29,105 nucleotides of DNA from Rickettsiales bacterium (GCA_044350115.1 JBILIE010000001.1:1-29105); one strand, 5' to 3'; counted from the stretch's first letter, positions 18,447-26,201 are shown. Numbers and translations: made by a program. Notes: a model not told the origin generated them from the sequence alone.

Positions 18447-18462
18447 TTAGCATGGGATTAAC
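18447..18462 (+). promoter_or_regulatory. Candidate CtrA-binding box upstream of the flagellin
   Basis: TTAG-CATGGGA-TTAAC, one mismatch to TTAA-N7-TTAAC; further TTAAC half-sites at 18425 and nearby. Confidence 0.4.
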
Positions 18463-18561
18463 TTTTGATGCGTAAAGTGATGACTGACGCCACGAAGGTG
18501 TTTTAACCCACGGAACATATAGCTCCATCATTTTAACAACCGGATACGGGGACTTGAAACT

Positions 18562-20244
18562 ATGAGCTATTCTTCTGTGCAAACGAATGTTGCAGCCAAT
18601 GCTGCTATTTATAACATTAACCGCGCTTCTAATAATGCCGCCAATTCAGTGGCTCGCCTTTCCAGCACCAATCGCAATGTGCGTGCGTCGGATGATGTGG
18701 CGGCGATGTCGGTGGGGGCAACACTTGCCTCGCAAATTGCAGGGATGCGCAGTGCGCTGACCAATGCCACGCAGGGATCGAGCATGATGCAGGTGGCCAA
18801 TGGTGGGATGAACCAGATTATCGATATTTTAGATCGCCAGAAAGCGATTGCAGTGAGCGCACAAAATGGCGCACTTTCAGCAGCGGATCGCGGTTATCTC
18901 GATACTGAATTTCAGGCACTGACTGCTCAGCTCGATCAAATCGCGCAAAGCACCAATTTTGGTGGCACGAATTTGCTGGCGGGCGGCTCTAACACCTCGA
19001 TTCGTCTGGCTAATACCAATGCGAATGCCGCAGCGTTTAACCCCGCAGGTGCGAATGGTAATACGGCCACTTCCATTGCTTCGACCACAGCAATTCAGGC
19101 ATTTGATGTGACGACGGGAGCATCACTGGCAGGTATTGCGGCCGTGGGACAATTGAATATTACGGATTCTCTGGGTGCGATTCTGGTGGGCCCACAATTT
19201 GATGCGGCAAGCACGGCGTTGCGCGGGAAATTCTCTTCCTTCAAAATCAGCGATGTAACTTACGGTGTCTCGGCGAAGCTCACGGCCACTATCAATGGCG
19301 TTGAATTTAGCGGCACTTTTGCCAATAACGCTACCAGTGCGATTTTGGGTAATGGTAATAGCTATGTGCGTGTAGGTTCTGCTGCGATGGCACTGACCAA
19401 TGCGGCAACGGTTTCAGCAGCAGAAGGTGCTCTTTCGGGTGGTTTTGCCAATACTTCGATCATGCGTACGTCTGTGGTCAATGGCGTTGATTTTTCTGGC
19501 ACGCGGATGGCAGGGGTCACAGGCGTAGCGACAACGGGTGTTTCCATGATTCGTACGGCAGGCGAAGCAAATATGGCGAGCATTGGTAACTTCCGTTATC
19601 TGGGTAGCAGCGGTGCAGATACCAACGTTCTCGCGGTGGATGTCAACGGCAGAACCTTCACGGCAAATACCGTGTTAGATTTGGTGGACGCTGCTGCGGC
19701 CACAGTCTATACCTTTGAAGCGGGTGATGGTGAAGCGATCACTATTGATATTACGGGTATGACCACGCCGATTACGAATATTCGTACGAATGCAAGTGAT
19801 CGTGCAGGTTTTCTTGATGCGCTTAATGTGGGATTCTCCCGTGCAGGTGGCGGTTTACAGTTCAATGTGGGCAATCCGAATAATCAGATTGCAGGGCGCC
19901 TTGGTTCGGCAACATCGGCCTCGCTGTATAATGCTCAATCGCTGGAAGTAGGCACGGCAGGCACAGCAACCACGGCAGAAACGGTGCTCACGTCCGCCAT
20001 TCAAAACGCATTGTCCCTTCAAGCCAATATCGGTGCAATTCAGCAGAACCTGGAATTCTCTGCCGCACAATTAGAAAGCTCAATTACGGGCGCTAATGAA
20101 GGCCGCGCTAATTATCAGGATACGGACGTCGCGCAGGAATCCACCAATTATGCCCTTGCACAAGTGCAGGTGCAGGCAGGCGTTTCTGTCCTAGCACAAG
20201 CGAATCTGATGCCGCGTAGTTTGTTGGATCTTCTTAACGGCTAA
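18562..20244 (+). CDS. Flagellin (divergent), 560 aa
   Basis: N-terminal ARLSS..R...ASDDVAA ... QVANG ... DRGYLDTEFQAL..QLD.IA..TNFGG.NLL and C-terminal IGAIQQNLE ... YQDTDVAQES ... AGVSVLAQAN.MP..LL.LL; no Cys, Trp or His seen, as is typical of flagellins. Confidence 0.9.
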   Translation: MSYSSVQTNVAANAAIYNINRASNNAANSVARLSSTNRNVRASDDVAAMSVGATLASQIAGMRSALTNATQGSSMMQVANGGMNQIIDILDRQKAIAVSAQNGALSAADRGYLDTEFQALTAQLDQIAQSTNFGGTNLLAGGSNTSIRLANTNANAAAFNPAGANGNTATSIASTTAIQAFDVTTGASLAGIAAVGQLNITDSLGAILVGPQFDAASTALRGKFSSFKISDVTYGVSAKLTATINGVEFSGTFANNATSAILGNGNSYVRVGSAAMALTNAATVSAAEGALSGGFANTSIMRTSVVNGVDFSGTRMAGVTGVATTGVSMIRTAGEANMASIGNFRYLGSSGADTNVLAVDVNGRTFTANTVLDLVDAAAATVYTFEAGDGEAITIDITGMTTPITNIRTNASDRAGFLDALNVGFSRAGGGLQFNVGNPNNQIAGRLGSATSASLYNAQSLEVGTAGTATTAETVLTSAIQNALSLQANIGAIQQNLEFSAAQLESSITGANEGRANYQDTDVAQESTNYALAQVQVQAGVSVLAQANLMPRSLLDLLNG

Positions 20245-20264
20245 AGGCTTATGGCTTTAATATG

Positions 20265-21179
20265 TTATCCCTTGTTAAACACAGTGGTCAGGTTTACCTG
20301 ACCACTGCCGCGTTTGGCGGGCTGCTGCTGCGAGTCGTGCGGTTTCCATGCGGTCATGAATACGAGTTCTACCGTTAAGCTTAAGCGCCCTTGTAAGTCG
20401 CTGAAATGCTCGGCGTAATGCTGCATTACCTGCGGCCAGAAATTTTTTCCCGTCAGACCCTGATGTTGCTGCGTGAGTGCGTTGGCCTCGCCCATCTGCC
20501 TCAATTCACGCAGTAAGGTGAGCGGATCGCGATAAGTCAGCGTGAGCGTTTCGCTATCCACGACGGGCAGGGCAAAGCCAGCGCGTTGCAGCAGCGCCCC
20601 CGCATCGCGCACTTCCACAAAAGGCGAAATGCGCGGCGCGATTTTTCCCTGTGCCACACTCACCGCAAGCAAGCTCTCCCGCAATTCCTGCAAGGTTCGC
20701 GGGCCAGGAACCACGGCGAGAAATAAGCCATCCGCTTTCAGCGCACGGCGGATTTGAATCAAACACCCTACCAGATCATTCACCCAATGCAGCGAGAGGT
20801 TGCTGATGACGGCATCAAGAGAGGAGTCGGCAAAGGGCAGATATTCATCGTCTGCGACGATTCTTTTTGATTGGGGATACTCCCCCCCACTTCCCAAAGG
20901 ATGGCCCACGCTTCGCGCCTCGCACTCGCTCGGAGGGAGGGGTATCATTTCCACCATCTTCTGTGAAAAATCCGACTGAATGAGTGCGTCGATCTTAGGG
21001 CTAGAAAACTGCCCCGTATGGCAGCCAAGATCCAGCGCGAGGGGGAAAGTGCGCTGAATATCCTCCAGCCTATCCGCCAGCCTATCCGCCGATTCACGCA
21101 GCACAAAATCCACCTCACCCAAAGTAGCAGCGGCTTTATCACGACGTTTTTGATGCAGAGAGCGGTTGAAAAGGTGCAT
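20265..21179 (-). CDS. SAM-dependent methyltransferase (BioC/NDUFAF5-like) carrying an in-frame repeat insertion
   Basis: ALDLGCHTG, VADDEYLPF..SSLD.VISNLSLHWVNDL.G.L.QIRRALK.DGLFL and RISPF...RDAG.LLQRAGFALPVVD motifs; likely start MHLFNR at 21179. Confidence 0.92.
   Translation of the reverse strand: MHLFNRSLHQKRRDKAAATLGEVDFVLRESADRLADRLEDIQRTFPLALDLGCHTGQFSSPKIDALIQSDFSQKMVEMIPLPPSECEARSVGHPLGSGGEYPQSKRIVADDEYLPFADSSLDAVISNLSLHWVNDLVGCLIQIRRALKADGLFLAVVPGPRTLQELRESLLAVSVAQGKIAPRISPFVEVRDAGALLQRAGFALPVVDSETLTLTYRDPLTLLRELRQMGEANALTQQHQGLTGKNFWPQVMQHYAEHFSDLQGRLSLTVELVFMTAWKPHDSQQQPAKRGSGQVNLTTVFNKG
20282..20307. terminator. Perfect 11-bp hairpin at the flagellin / methyltransferase convergence
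   Basis: CAGTGGTCAGG-TTTA-CCTGACCACTG; lies inside the final codons of the methyltransferase; no U-tract on the + strand. Confidence 0.4.
20862..20945 (+). repeat. Dispersed repeat R1, copy f (long variant), inside the methyltransferase CDS
   Basis: TTTTTGATTGGGGATACTCCCCCCCACTTCCCAAAGGATGGCCCACGCTTCGCGCCTCGCACTCGCTCGGAGGGAGGGGTAT; 84 nt = 28 codons, IPLPPSECEARSVGHPLGSGGEYPQSKR. Confidence 0.85.
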
Positions 21180-21241
21180 GAATGATTTATGGCACTTCAT
21201 GCGTTGAGGGGCAACCATCACGATCACCTCACGGCTAATCA

Positions 21242-21295
21242 CTACTCCCGTGCCACCGCCAGATTCGCAATCAAACTATAGACGCTGAAGTTACA
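21242..21295 (-). repeat. Displaced duplicate of the gshA 3' end
   Basis: 21257-21295 matches 22350-22388 at 37/39 nt (26-nt exact core); reads CNFSVYSLIANLAVARE* versus gshA CNFSVYSLIAKLANLAATRE*. Confidence 0.9.
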
Positions 21296-21355
21296 CGCAA
21301 CCAGCCCCGATACGGTCGGGGGCAAGACTCGACGGATCTTTTCTGCTGTTTCACT

Positions 21356-21439
21356 CGTCATCCCGAACGAGTGAAACGAGGAGGGATCTCGCTCGTTACT
21401 CAACTAGATTCCTCGTCGCTTCGCTCTGTCGGAATGACG
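21356..21439. repeat. Palindromic element R2 (CGTCAT...ATGACG ends), copy 1
   Basis: Terminal inverted repeat CGTCATCCCGA / TCGGAATGACG; internal GGATCT...AGATTCC arms; abuts the endonuclease stop. Confidence 0.75.
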
Positions 21440-21440
21440 G

Positions 21441-22319
21441 TTATTTGGGAATTACATGGAACGTAACTTTCCCTTTTTGCCCCGCAACCTCAAGGTTGCC
21501 TTCAAATGAATGCGCTATCGCACGCTCATCTCCTACTTTCTTATACTGACGGCCTTTGAGTGGGATTCTTTGGGTCTTAACCGAAACCTCGCCTACAAAT
21601 CCAGCCTCCCACACTCTTGCCATGCCAGCCTCGGTTTTGACAACATAAAAAGGGATATCCGTATTATAATTCATCCATAATCGGATGGTTTTACTTAGTC
21701 CATTAGGCTCTAATCCATTGAACTCGTTTGGTGTAAGGCTCGCTGCATCTATGAATGCCTGTATTGCTGATATAGCCTTATCTGAATTTGCTGGAATAAG
21801 CAGAGGGGCATCTGCCACAAAGTTGATTTTATTGATCCCCTCAATAATTTCACTTTTCTCATTTTCATCAAATACTAATTCAAAATGAGTTAGCTCATGG
21901 TGATGTATCAAAACATCCATTTCCTGATCAATAATCCAGTCAGAAAAGTTATCTGGGGAAAGTGAAGCCACTTCTCGCAACTCGATGCCTTCCTGCTTTG
22001 CAAACTCTATCGCATCTGGCGCAAATCCCGTTGTAGAAACTGCGGTGACTTTGTTGAAATTGAATCGATTGCGTCTGCCATATAATTGTTCAATCCAGCT
22101 TGCTGGTGCTTTTCCCGCACTGGGGCGATCACGACATTCGATAAGCCATGAAATTTCTGTTGAACCCAGCATGCCGCGCACTTCTACGTCAAATTCGGCA
22201 ATCTGTATCCCATCGTCATTGCGTACGCAGGTGTTCGTTCTCACATCATATCTCGCAGGCAGCAATTGTGACTCTACGAAAGCTACAAGTTCCTCTAGTT
22301 TTTTGCCATCATTGCGCAT
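21441..22319 (-). CDS. Restriction endonuclease-like PD-(D/E)xK protein (Mrr catalytic-type N-terminal domain)
   Basis: LEELVA..E, EFDV ... WLIECRD, EQLYG, AVSTTGF..DAIEFAK..GIEL pattern; visibly AT-richer than its neighbours. Confidence 0.8.
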   Translation of the reverse strand: MRNDGKKLEELVAFVESQLLPARYDVRTNTCVRNDDGIQIAEFDVEVRGMLGSTEISWLIECRDRPSAGKAPASWIEQLYGRRNRFNFNKVTAVSTTGFAPDAIEFAKQEGIELREVASLSPDNFSDWIIDQEMDVLIHHHELTHFELVFDENEKSEIIEGINKINFVADAPLLIPANSDKAISAIQAFIDAASLTPNEFNGLEPNGLSKTIRLWMNYNTDIPFYVVKTEAGMARVWEAGFVGEVSVKTQRIPLKGRQYKKVGDERAIAHSFEGNLEVAGQKGKVTFHVIPK

Positions 22320-22325
22320 TGTGCG

Positions 22326-23549
22326 TTACTCCCGCGTTGCCGCCAAATTCGCCAGTTTCGCAATCAAACTATAGACGCTGAAATTACATTCATCCAACAC
22401 CACACGATCGGAGGCTTCGGACTTTTCCACCTGATCACACAACCCCACAAACCGCATTCCTGCGGCATTGAGGTTGTTATACGCATCGCGGCTGTCATTG
22501 ACGCGCATCGCGCCGCCGATGGCCTGACCGTTGACGCAATAAATCATCGGTTCGGCGCTTGCCTCACCGACTTTGTCGATGGTGGGCACGCCTTCCTGAA
22601 TGATGACTTCCGTCACTTGCGCGCCTTCTTTCACTATATTCATTTTGTTGCGGTCTTTTTTGTTCAGCTCGCGCAATTCTTCGGGGTCGCGCACGGTCAT
22701 AATCCCCATGCCATAAGTGCCCGCATCGGCTTTGATATAGGCGTAAGGTGTTTCTTCAATCCCATAAGCTTCATATTTATTGGCAATGCGGATCAGCACT
22801 TCGCGGGTGGCATCCACCAGCGAATCCATGCCTTGGCGTTCTTTAAAATCAAGTTCAGCGCGGTGGTCAAATACTGTCCAAATCTTCCAGCAATCAAAAT
22901 CAAAGGCGGTGGCAAATTCATTTGCCACTTTACCGTAGGCTTTAAAATGCTGGCTCTTGCGGCGTTGATGCCAGCCAAGTGCGGGGGAGGGAACCAGCGG
23001 TTGCGATATATCCGTAATCACCGCTGGCACGCCCGCCGTGAGATCGTTATTGAGCACCACCAGATCCGCCTCAAACCCTGCGGAAGTCACCACTTTGCCG
23101 TCGCGTTTTTGCAGCGGATATTCCACTACGCGATTGCCGTGCATTGTGTCTAGCTCGAGCACTTCATTGCCTTCAGTGCGCCCGATGACGACTTCCGCCC
23201 CCGCCTCCACTAGCAATCTTTGCAGTACAAACAGATTTTCGAGATAGCCCAGATTGCGCGTGTGATTCTCTGCCAGCAGCAAAATTTTTCGCGCCTGTGG
23301 AAAGTGGCTGGCAAGATATCGCTTAAAGCCGATGCTCGCCCGCGCCCGTGCCGCATCCGAGATATTATTAAACCCCGCAGGGAATAAATTGGTATCCACC
23401 GGCACAATCTTATGCCCGCTATGGCGCAGATCGACCGAGGCATAAATCGGCGCAGGCGTTGCGCGAAATTGGGTTTCAAACCATTGGCTAATCTCGCTGC
23501 CACGGTTTTGCAGGAGGGTATCGAGGAAAGAGATGATGGGGGTACGCAT
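22326..23549 (-). CDS. gshA: Glutamate--cysteine ligase (GshA family found in Rickettsiales and betaproteobacteria)
   Basis: PIYASVDLRHSGHKIVPVDTNLFPAGFNN, VLNNDLTAG, LGWHQRRKS, YIKAD.GTYGMGIM and VIIQEGVPT motifs. Confidence 0.92.
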   Translation of the reverse strand: MRTPIISFLDTLLQNRGSEISQWFETQFRATPAPIYASVDLRHSGHKIVPVDTNLFPAGFNNISDAARARASIGFKRYLASHFPQARKILLLAENHTRNLGYLENLFVLQRLLVEAGAEVVIGRTEGNEVLELDTMHGNRVVEYPLQKRDGKVVTSAGFEADLVVLNNDLTAGVPAVITDISQPLVPSPALGWHQRRKSQHFKAYGKVANEFATAFDFDCWKIWTVFDHRAELDFKERQGMDSLVDATREVLIRIANKYEAYGIEETPYAYIKADAGTYGMGIMTVRDPEELRELNKKDRNKMNIVKEGAQVTEVIIQEGVPTIDKVGEASAEPMIYCVNGQAIGGAMRVNDSRDAYNNLNAAGMRFVGLCDQVEKSEASDRVVLDECNFSVYSLIAKLANLAATRE

Positions 23550-23550
23550 T

Positions 23551-23597
23551 CAGTCGCCAGTCGTCAGAGTTCAGTTGTCAGTATCACCACTCACCAC
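23551..23597. repeat. Tandem heptamer array filling the rsmE-gshA spacer
   Basis: CAGTCGC CAGTCGT CAGAGTT CAGTTGT CAGTATC then ACCACTC ACCAC; contains the rsmE stop and ends 1 nt from the gshA ATG. Confidence 0.7.
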
Positions 23598-24318
23598 AAA
23601 ACGCCATCACACACGTCAATGCCGCCAGCGCCGCCGTATCCGCACGCAGGATGCGTGGCCCCAAACTCATGGCGTGGGCGCTCGGCATTTTGCGAAGTTG
23701 TGCGAGTTCTTCGGGGGAGAAGCCGCCTTCAGAGCCTACTAGCAATGCAAGTTTCTGGCCTTTCAGCGGTGGCAGGAGTTCGGCGGGTGGTTTGCCCTGA
23801 TGGGTTTCATCGCCGTAAATGAGCAGCCGATCTGCTGGCCAATTTGCCAGCATCTTCTGCAAGGGCTGATAGTCGTGAATTTGTGGGATGGTCAGTCGTT
23901 CCGATTGCTCGGCGGCCTCTATCGCATTGGCTTCCAACCGATCGTCATTCAGGCGGGAAACCACGGTGCGGGCGGTTTGCACAGGGTAAAGCGCCGCCGC
24001 GCCCAGTTCCGTCACCTTCTGCACCAGAAAATCAATTTTGCCGAATTTGATGGGGGCAAACAGCAGCCAGACATCAGGTTCTGCCGCTTGTGGCCTTGCC
24101 TGATGTTCGCAGGTTACCTGCACATATTTACTGCCCGCGCCGCTAAGCTTGCCCCACCATTCGCCGTCTTTGCCATTAAACAGCGCAATACTCGCGCCGT
24201 CTTTCTGACGCATCACGGAACATAAATAATGCGATTGGGGTTTGCTAAGTGCGATCATCACCCTTTGTGCGAGGAGGTCAGGCACAAAAAGCCTTGCATT
24301 GGGGTGTGGTTGGGTCAT
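23584..24318 (-). CDS. rsmE: 16S rRNA m3U1498 methyltransferase
   Basis: RLFV, HYL.SVMR, LFNGKDGEW, QKVTELG, EAAEQSERL, LLVGSEGGFS..E and LGPRILRADTA motifs. Confidence 0.97.
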   Translation of the reverse strand: MTQPHPNARLFVPDLLAQRVMIALSKPQSHYLCSVMRQKDGASIALFNGKDGEWWGKLSGAGSKYVQVTCEHQARPQAAEPDVWLLFAPIKFGKIDFLVQKVTELGAAALYPVQTARTVVSRLNDDRLEANAIEAAEQSERLTIPQIHDYQPLQKMLANWPADRLLIYGDETHQGKPPAELLPPLKGQKLALLVGSEGGFSPEELAQLRKMPSAHAMSLGPRILRADTAALAALTCVMAFCGEW

Positions 24319-24330
24319 AGGAAAAGCGTA

Positions 24331-25167
24331 ATGATAGCACAGTCTAAAATCCAGTCTTATCTTGCACTCTTACGCTTTCACCAGCCTGTGGGCTATTGGC
24401 TATTGTTCTGGCCGTGCGCTTGGGGCATCACGCTTGCCCCCAATTCCCAATTCCCAATTCCCAATGCCCTGCTTTTAGCATTATTCTTCCTCGGTAGCGT
24501 CTTAATGCGCAGCGCAGGATGCATCATCAATGATCTCTGGGATCGCGATTTTGACAGGCAAGTCGAGCGCACCAAAACCCGCCCATTGGCGAGTGGGGCG
24601 ATTGCGCCGAAACAGGCATTTATCGTGCTTGCCGTTCTGCTATTGCTCTCGCTGTGGATTGTATTGCAACTGCCTATAATCGTCTTCTGGCTCGCACTTG
24701 CTGCATTGCCGCTGGTGGTGGCTTATCCGCTGATGAAGCGCATCATGTGGTGGCCGCAATTGTTCCTTGGCTTTACTTTTAATTACGGTGCGCTGATGGG
24801 CTGGGCAGCTTTGCGTGGCACTATTGAGCCTCCCGCGCTGTGGCTCTATGCGGGGGGGATTTGCTGGACGCTGATTTACGATACGATCTACGCGCATCAG
24901 GACATTACCGATGATGCCAAGATTGGCGTAAAATCCACTGCGCGATTATTTGCCGAAAATACCCAGATCTGGCTGACTGGCTTCGCATTGTTAATGCTTG
25001 TGTGTTTCGCCATGGCAGGGGTTGATTTCCGCACTTTGCCGCTGCTCGCTGTGCCGCTGGCGATTCAGCTTTGGCGGCTTGATATTAGCGATCCTGCTCG
25101 TTGCGGGCGACAATTCCGCTTTCATGCGCTCTTTGGGGCGCTGATTTGGGCAATTTTGCTTGTATAA
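24331..25167 (+). CDS. ubiA: 4-hydroxybenzoate polyprenyltransferase
   Basis: YL.LLRFHQPVGYWLLFWP, MRSAGCIINDLWDRDFDRQVERTKTRPLASG and YDTIYAHQD..DDAKIGVKSTA motifs; start ATG 24331. Confidence 0.97.
   Translation: MIAQSKIQSYLALLRFHQPVGYWLLFWPCAWGITLAPNSQFPIPNALLLALFFLGSVLMRSAGCIINDLWDRDFDRQVERTKTRPLASGAIAPKQAFIVLAVLLLLSLWIVLQLPIIVFWLALAALPLVVAYPLMKRIMWWPQLFLGFTFNYGALMGWAALRGTIEPPALWLYAGGICWTLIYDTIYAHQDITDDAKIGVKSTARLFAENTQIWLTGFALLMLVCFAMAGVDFRTLPLLAVPLAIQLWRLDISDPARCGRQFRFHALFGALIWAILLV
24439..24465 (+). repeat. (CCCAATT)x3 + CCCAAT tandem heptamer inside ubiA
   Basis: Read directly; translates as part of APNSQFPIPN between the first two TM helices. Confidence 0.85.
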
Positions 25168-25196
25168 ATGCTGCAAAACATTATAGACTACCGCCT

Positions 25197-25709
25197 ATGA
25201 ATCCTCCCGACGATGAAATCCTGATTGATTACCCTACAATGATCGACGACGCGATGCGCGGCGTGGTGCGTGAGGCACTGCGTCAGGTGCAAAAAGAAGG
25301 CGCGCTTCCGGGCGAGCACCACTTTTTCATCACCTTCGACACTAACTTTTCGGGCGTGGTGATTTCGCCTGTGCTCAAAAGCAAATATCCGGGAGAGATG
25401 ACGATTGTCATCCAGCATCAGTTCTGGGATTTAGGCGTGGAGCAAGATCAATTCGTAGTCACTCTCAGTTTCAACAAACGCCCAGAGCGCTTGGTGGTTC
25501 CTTTTGCCGCAATGACGGCCTTTGCGGATCCGTCCATCAAATTCGGTCTGCAATTTCATCTGAGCGATGATGATTATGATGAGGACGATCTCGAAGCCAG
25601 CCTGTTATTTGACGAAAACCCCGCAGGTAACGACGCAGAAGGTGGCGATGGCGCGAAGCAACGCCCTGCGGCAGAAGTCATCAGCATTGATACTTTTCGC
25701 AAAAAATAA
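25197..25709 (+). CDS. sspB: ClpXP adaptor SspB (alphaproteobacterial type)
   Basis: IDY...IDDAMRGVVREAL, LPGEHHFFITF, YPGEMTIVIQHQFWDL, F.D PSIKFGLQF and C-terminal VISIDTFRKK. Confidence 0.92.
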   Translation: MNPPDDEILIDYPTMIDDAMRGVVREALRQVQKEGALPGEHHFFITFDTNFSGVVISPVLKSKYPGEMTIVIQHQFWDLGVEQDQFVVTLSFNKRPERLVVPFAAMTAFADPSIKFGLQFHLSDDDYDEDDLEASLLFDENPAGNDAEGGDGAKQRPAAEVISIDTFRKK

Positions 25710-26156
25710 ATGATGTCCGCTGCACTCACGTTAGCGCGTGAAGCCGCCACTCGCGGCGAGGTTCCCGTCGGCGCAGTCTTGGTGCATCGGGGTGAAATTA
25801 TCGCGCAAGCTCACAATCTCACCGAAACGAATAACGACCCTACCGCCCATGCCGAGATCCTCGTTATCCGCGAAGCGGCGCTGAAACTCGGCAGCACCCG
25901 CCTTCCTGAGTGTGATTTATATGTGTCGCTCGAACCCTGCGCGATGTGCGCGGCAGCCATCAGCCATGCGCGCATCCGTCGCCTTTATTTTGGCGCATGG
26001 GATACAAAAATGGGAGCCGTCGAAAACGGCTCCCGTTTTTATACTCAACCCACCTGCCACCACGCGCCTGAAGTCTATGGTGGCATTCAGGCCAGCGAGA
26101 GCGAGCAGTTGCTGCGGGAATTTTTTTTAGAAAAGAGAGGTGCTAAGCAGTGCTAA
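25710..26156 (+). CDS. tadA: tRNA adenosine(34) deaminase
   Basis: GEVPVGAV, DPTAHAE, LYVSLEPCAMCAAAI..ARI.RL.FGA.D.KMGA motifs. Confidence 0.92.
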   Translation: MMSAALTLAREAATRGEVPVGAVLVHRGEIIAQAHNLTETNNDPTAHAEILVIREAALKLGSTRLPECDLYVSLEPCAMCAAAISHARIRRLYFGAWDTKMGAVENGSRFYTQPTCHHAPEVYGGIQASESEQLLREFFLEKRGAKQC

Positions 26157-26196
26157 GAAGTTGCTAATGTGCTATAAAGTCAGCACCTCCAGCACC
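26139..26196. repeat. Second GTGCTAA / AGCAC palindromic array
   Basis: GGTGCTAA 26139, AGTGCTAA 26149, GTTGCTAA 26160, TGTGCTAT 26168; CAGCACC 26181 and 26190; contains the tadA stop. Confidence 0.75.
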
Positions 26197-26201
26197 CTTT
26201 C

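Noticed and set aside
2071-20945. R1 repeats or heptamer arrays as a CRISPR array
   Set aside because: Copies are dispersed and degenerate, with no regular repeat-spacer period and no cas genes
21340-21440. Integron attC site after the nuclease gene
   Set aside because: No RYYYAAC ... GTTRRRY core pair, and no integron integrase in the window
20265-22319. Methyltransferase plus endonuclease as a restriction-modification pair
   Set aside because: The methyltransferase has BioC/NDUFAF5-type motifs and lacks DPPY/NPPY or PCQ DNA-methyltransferase motifs; it also lies outside the duplicated-end cassette
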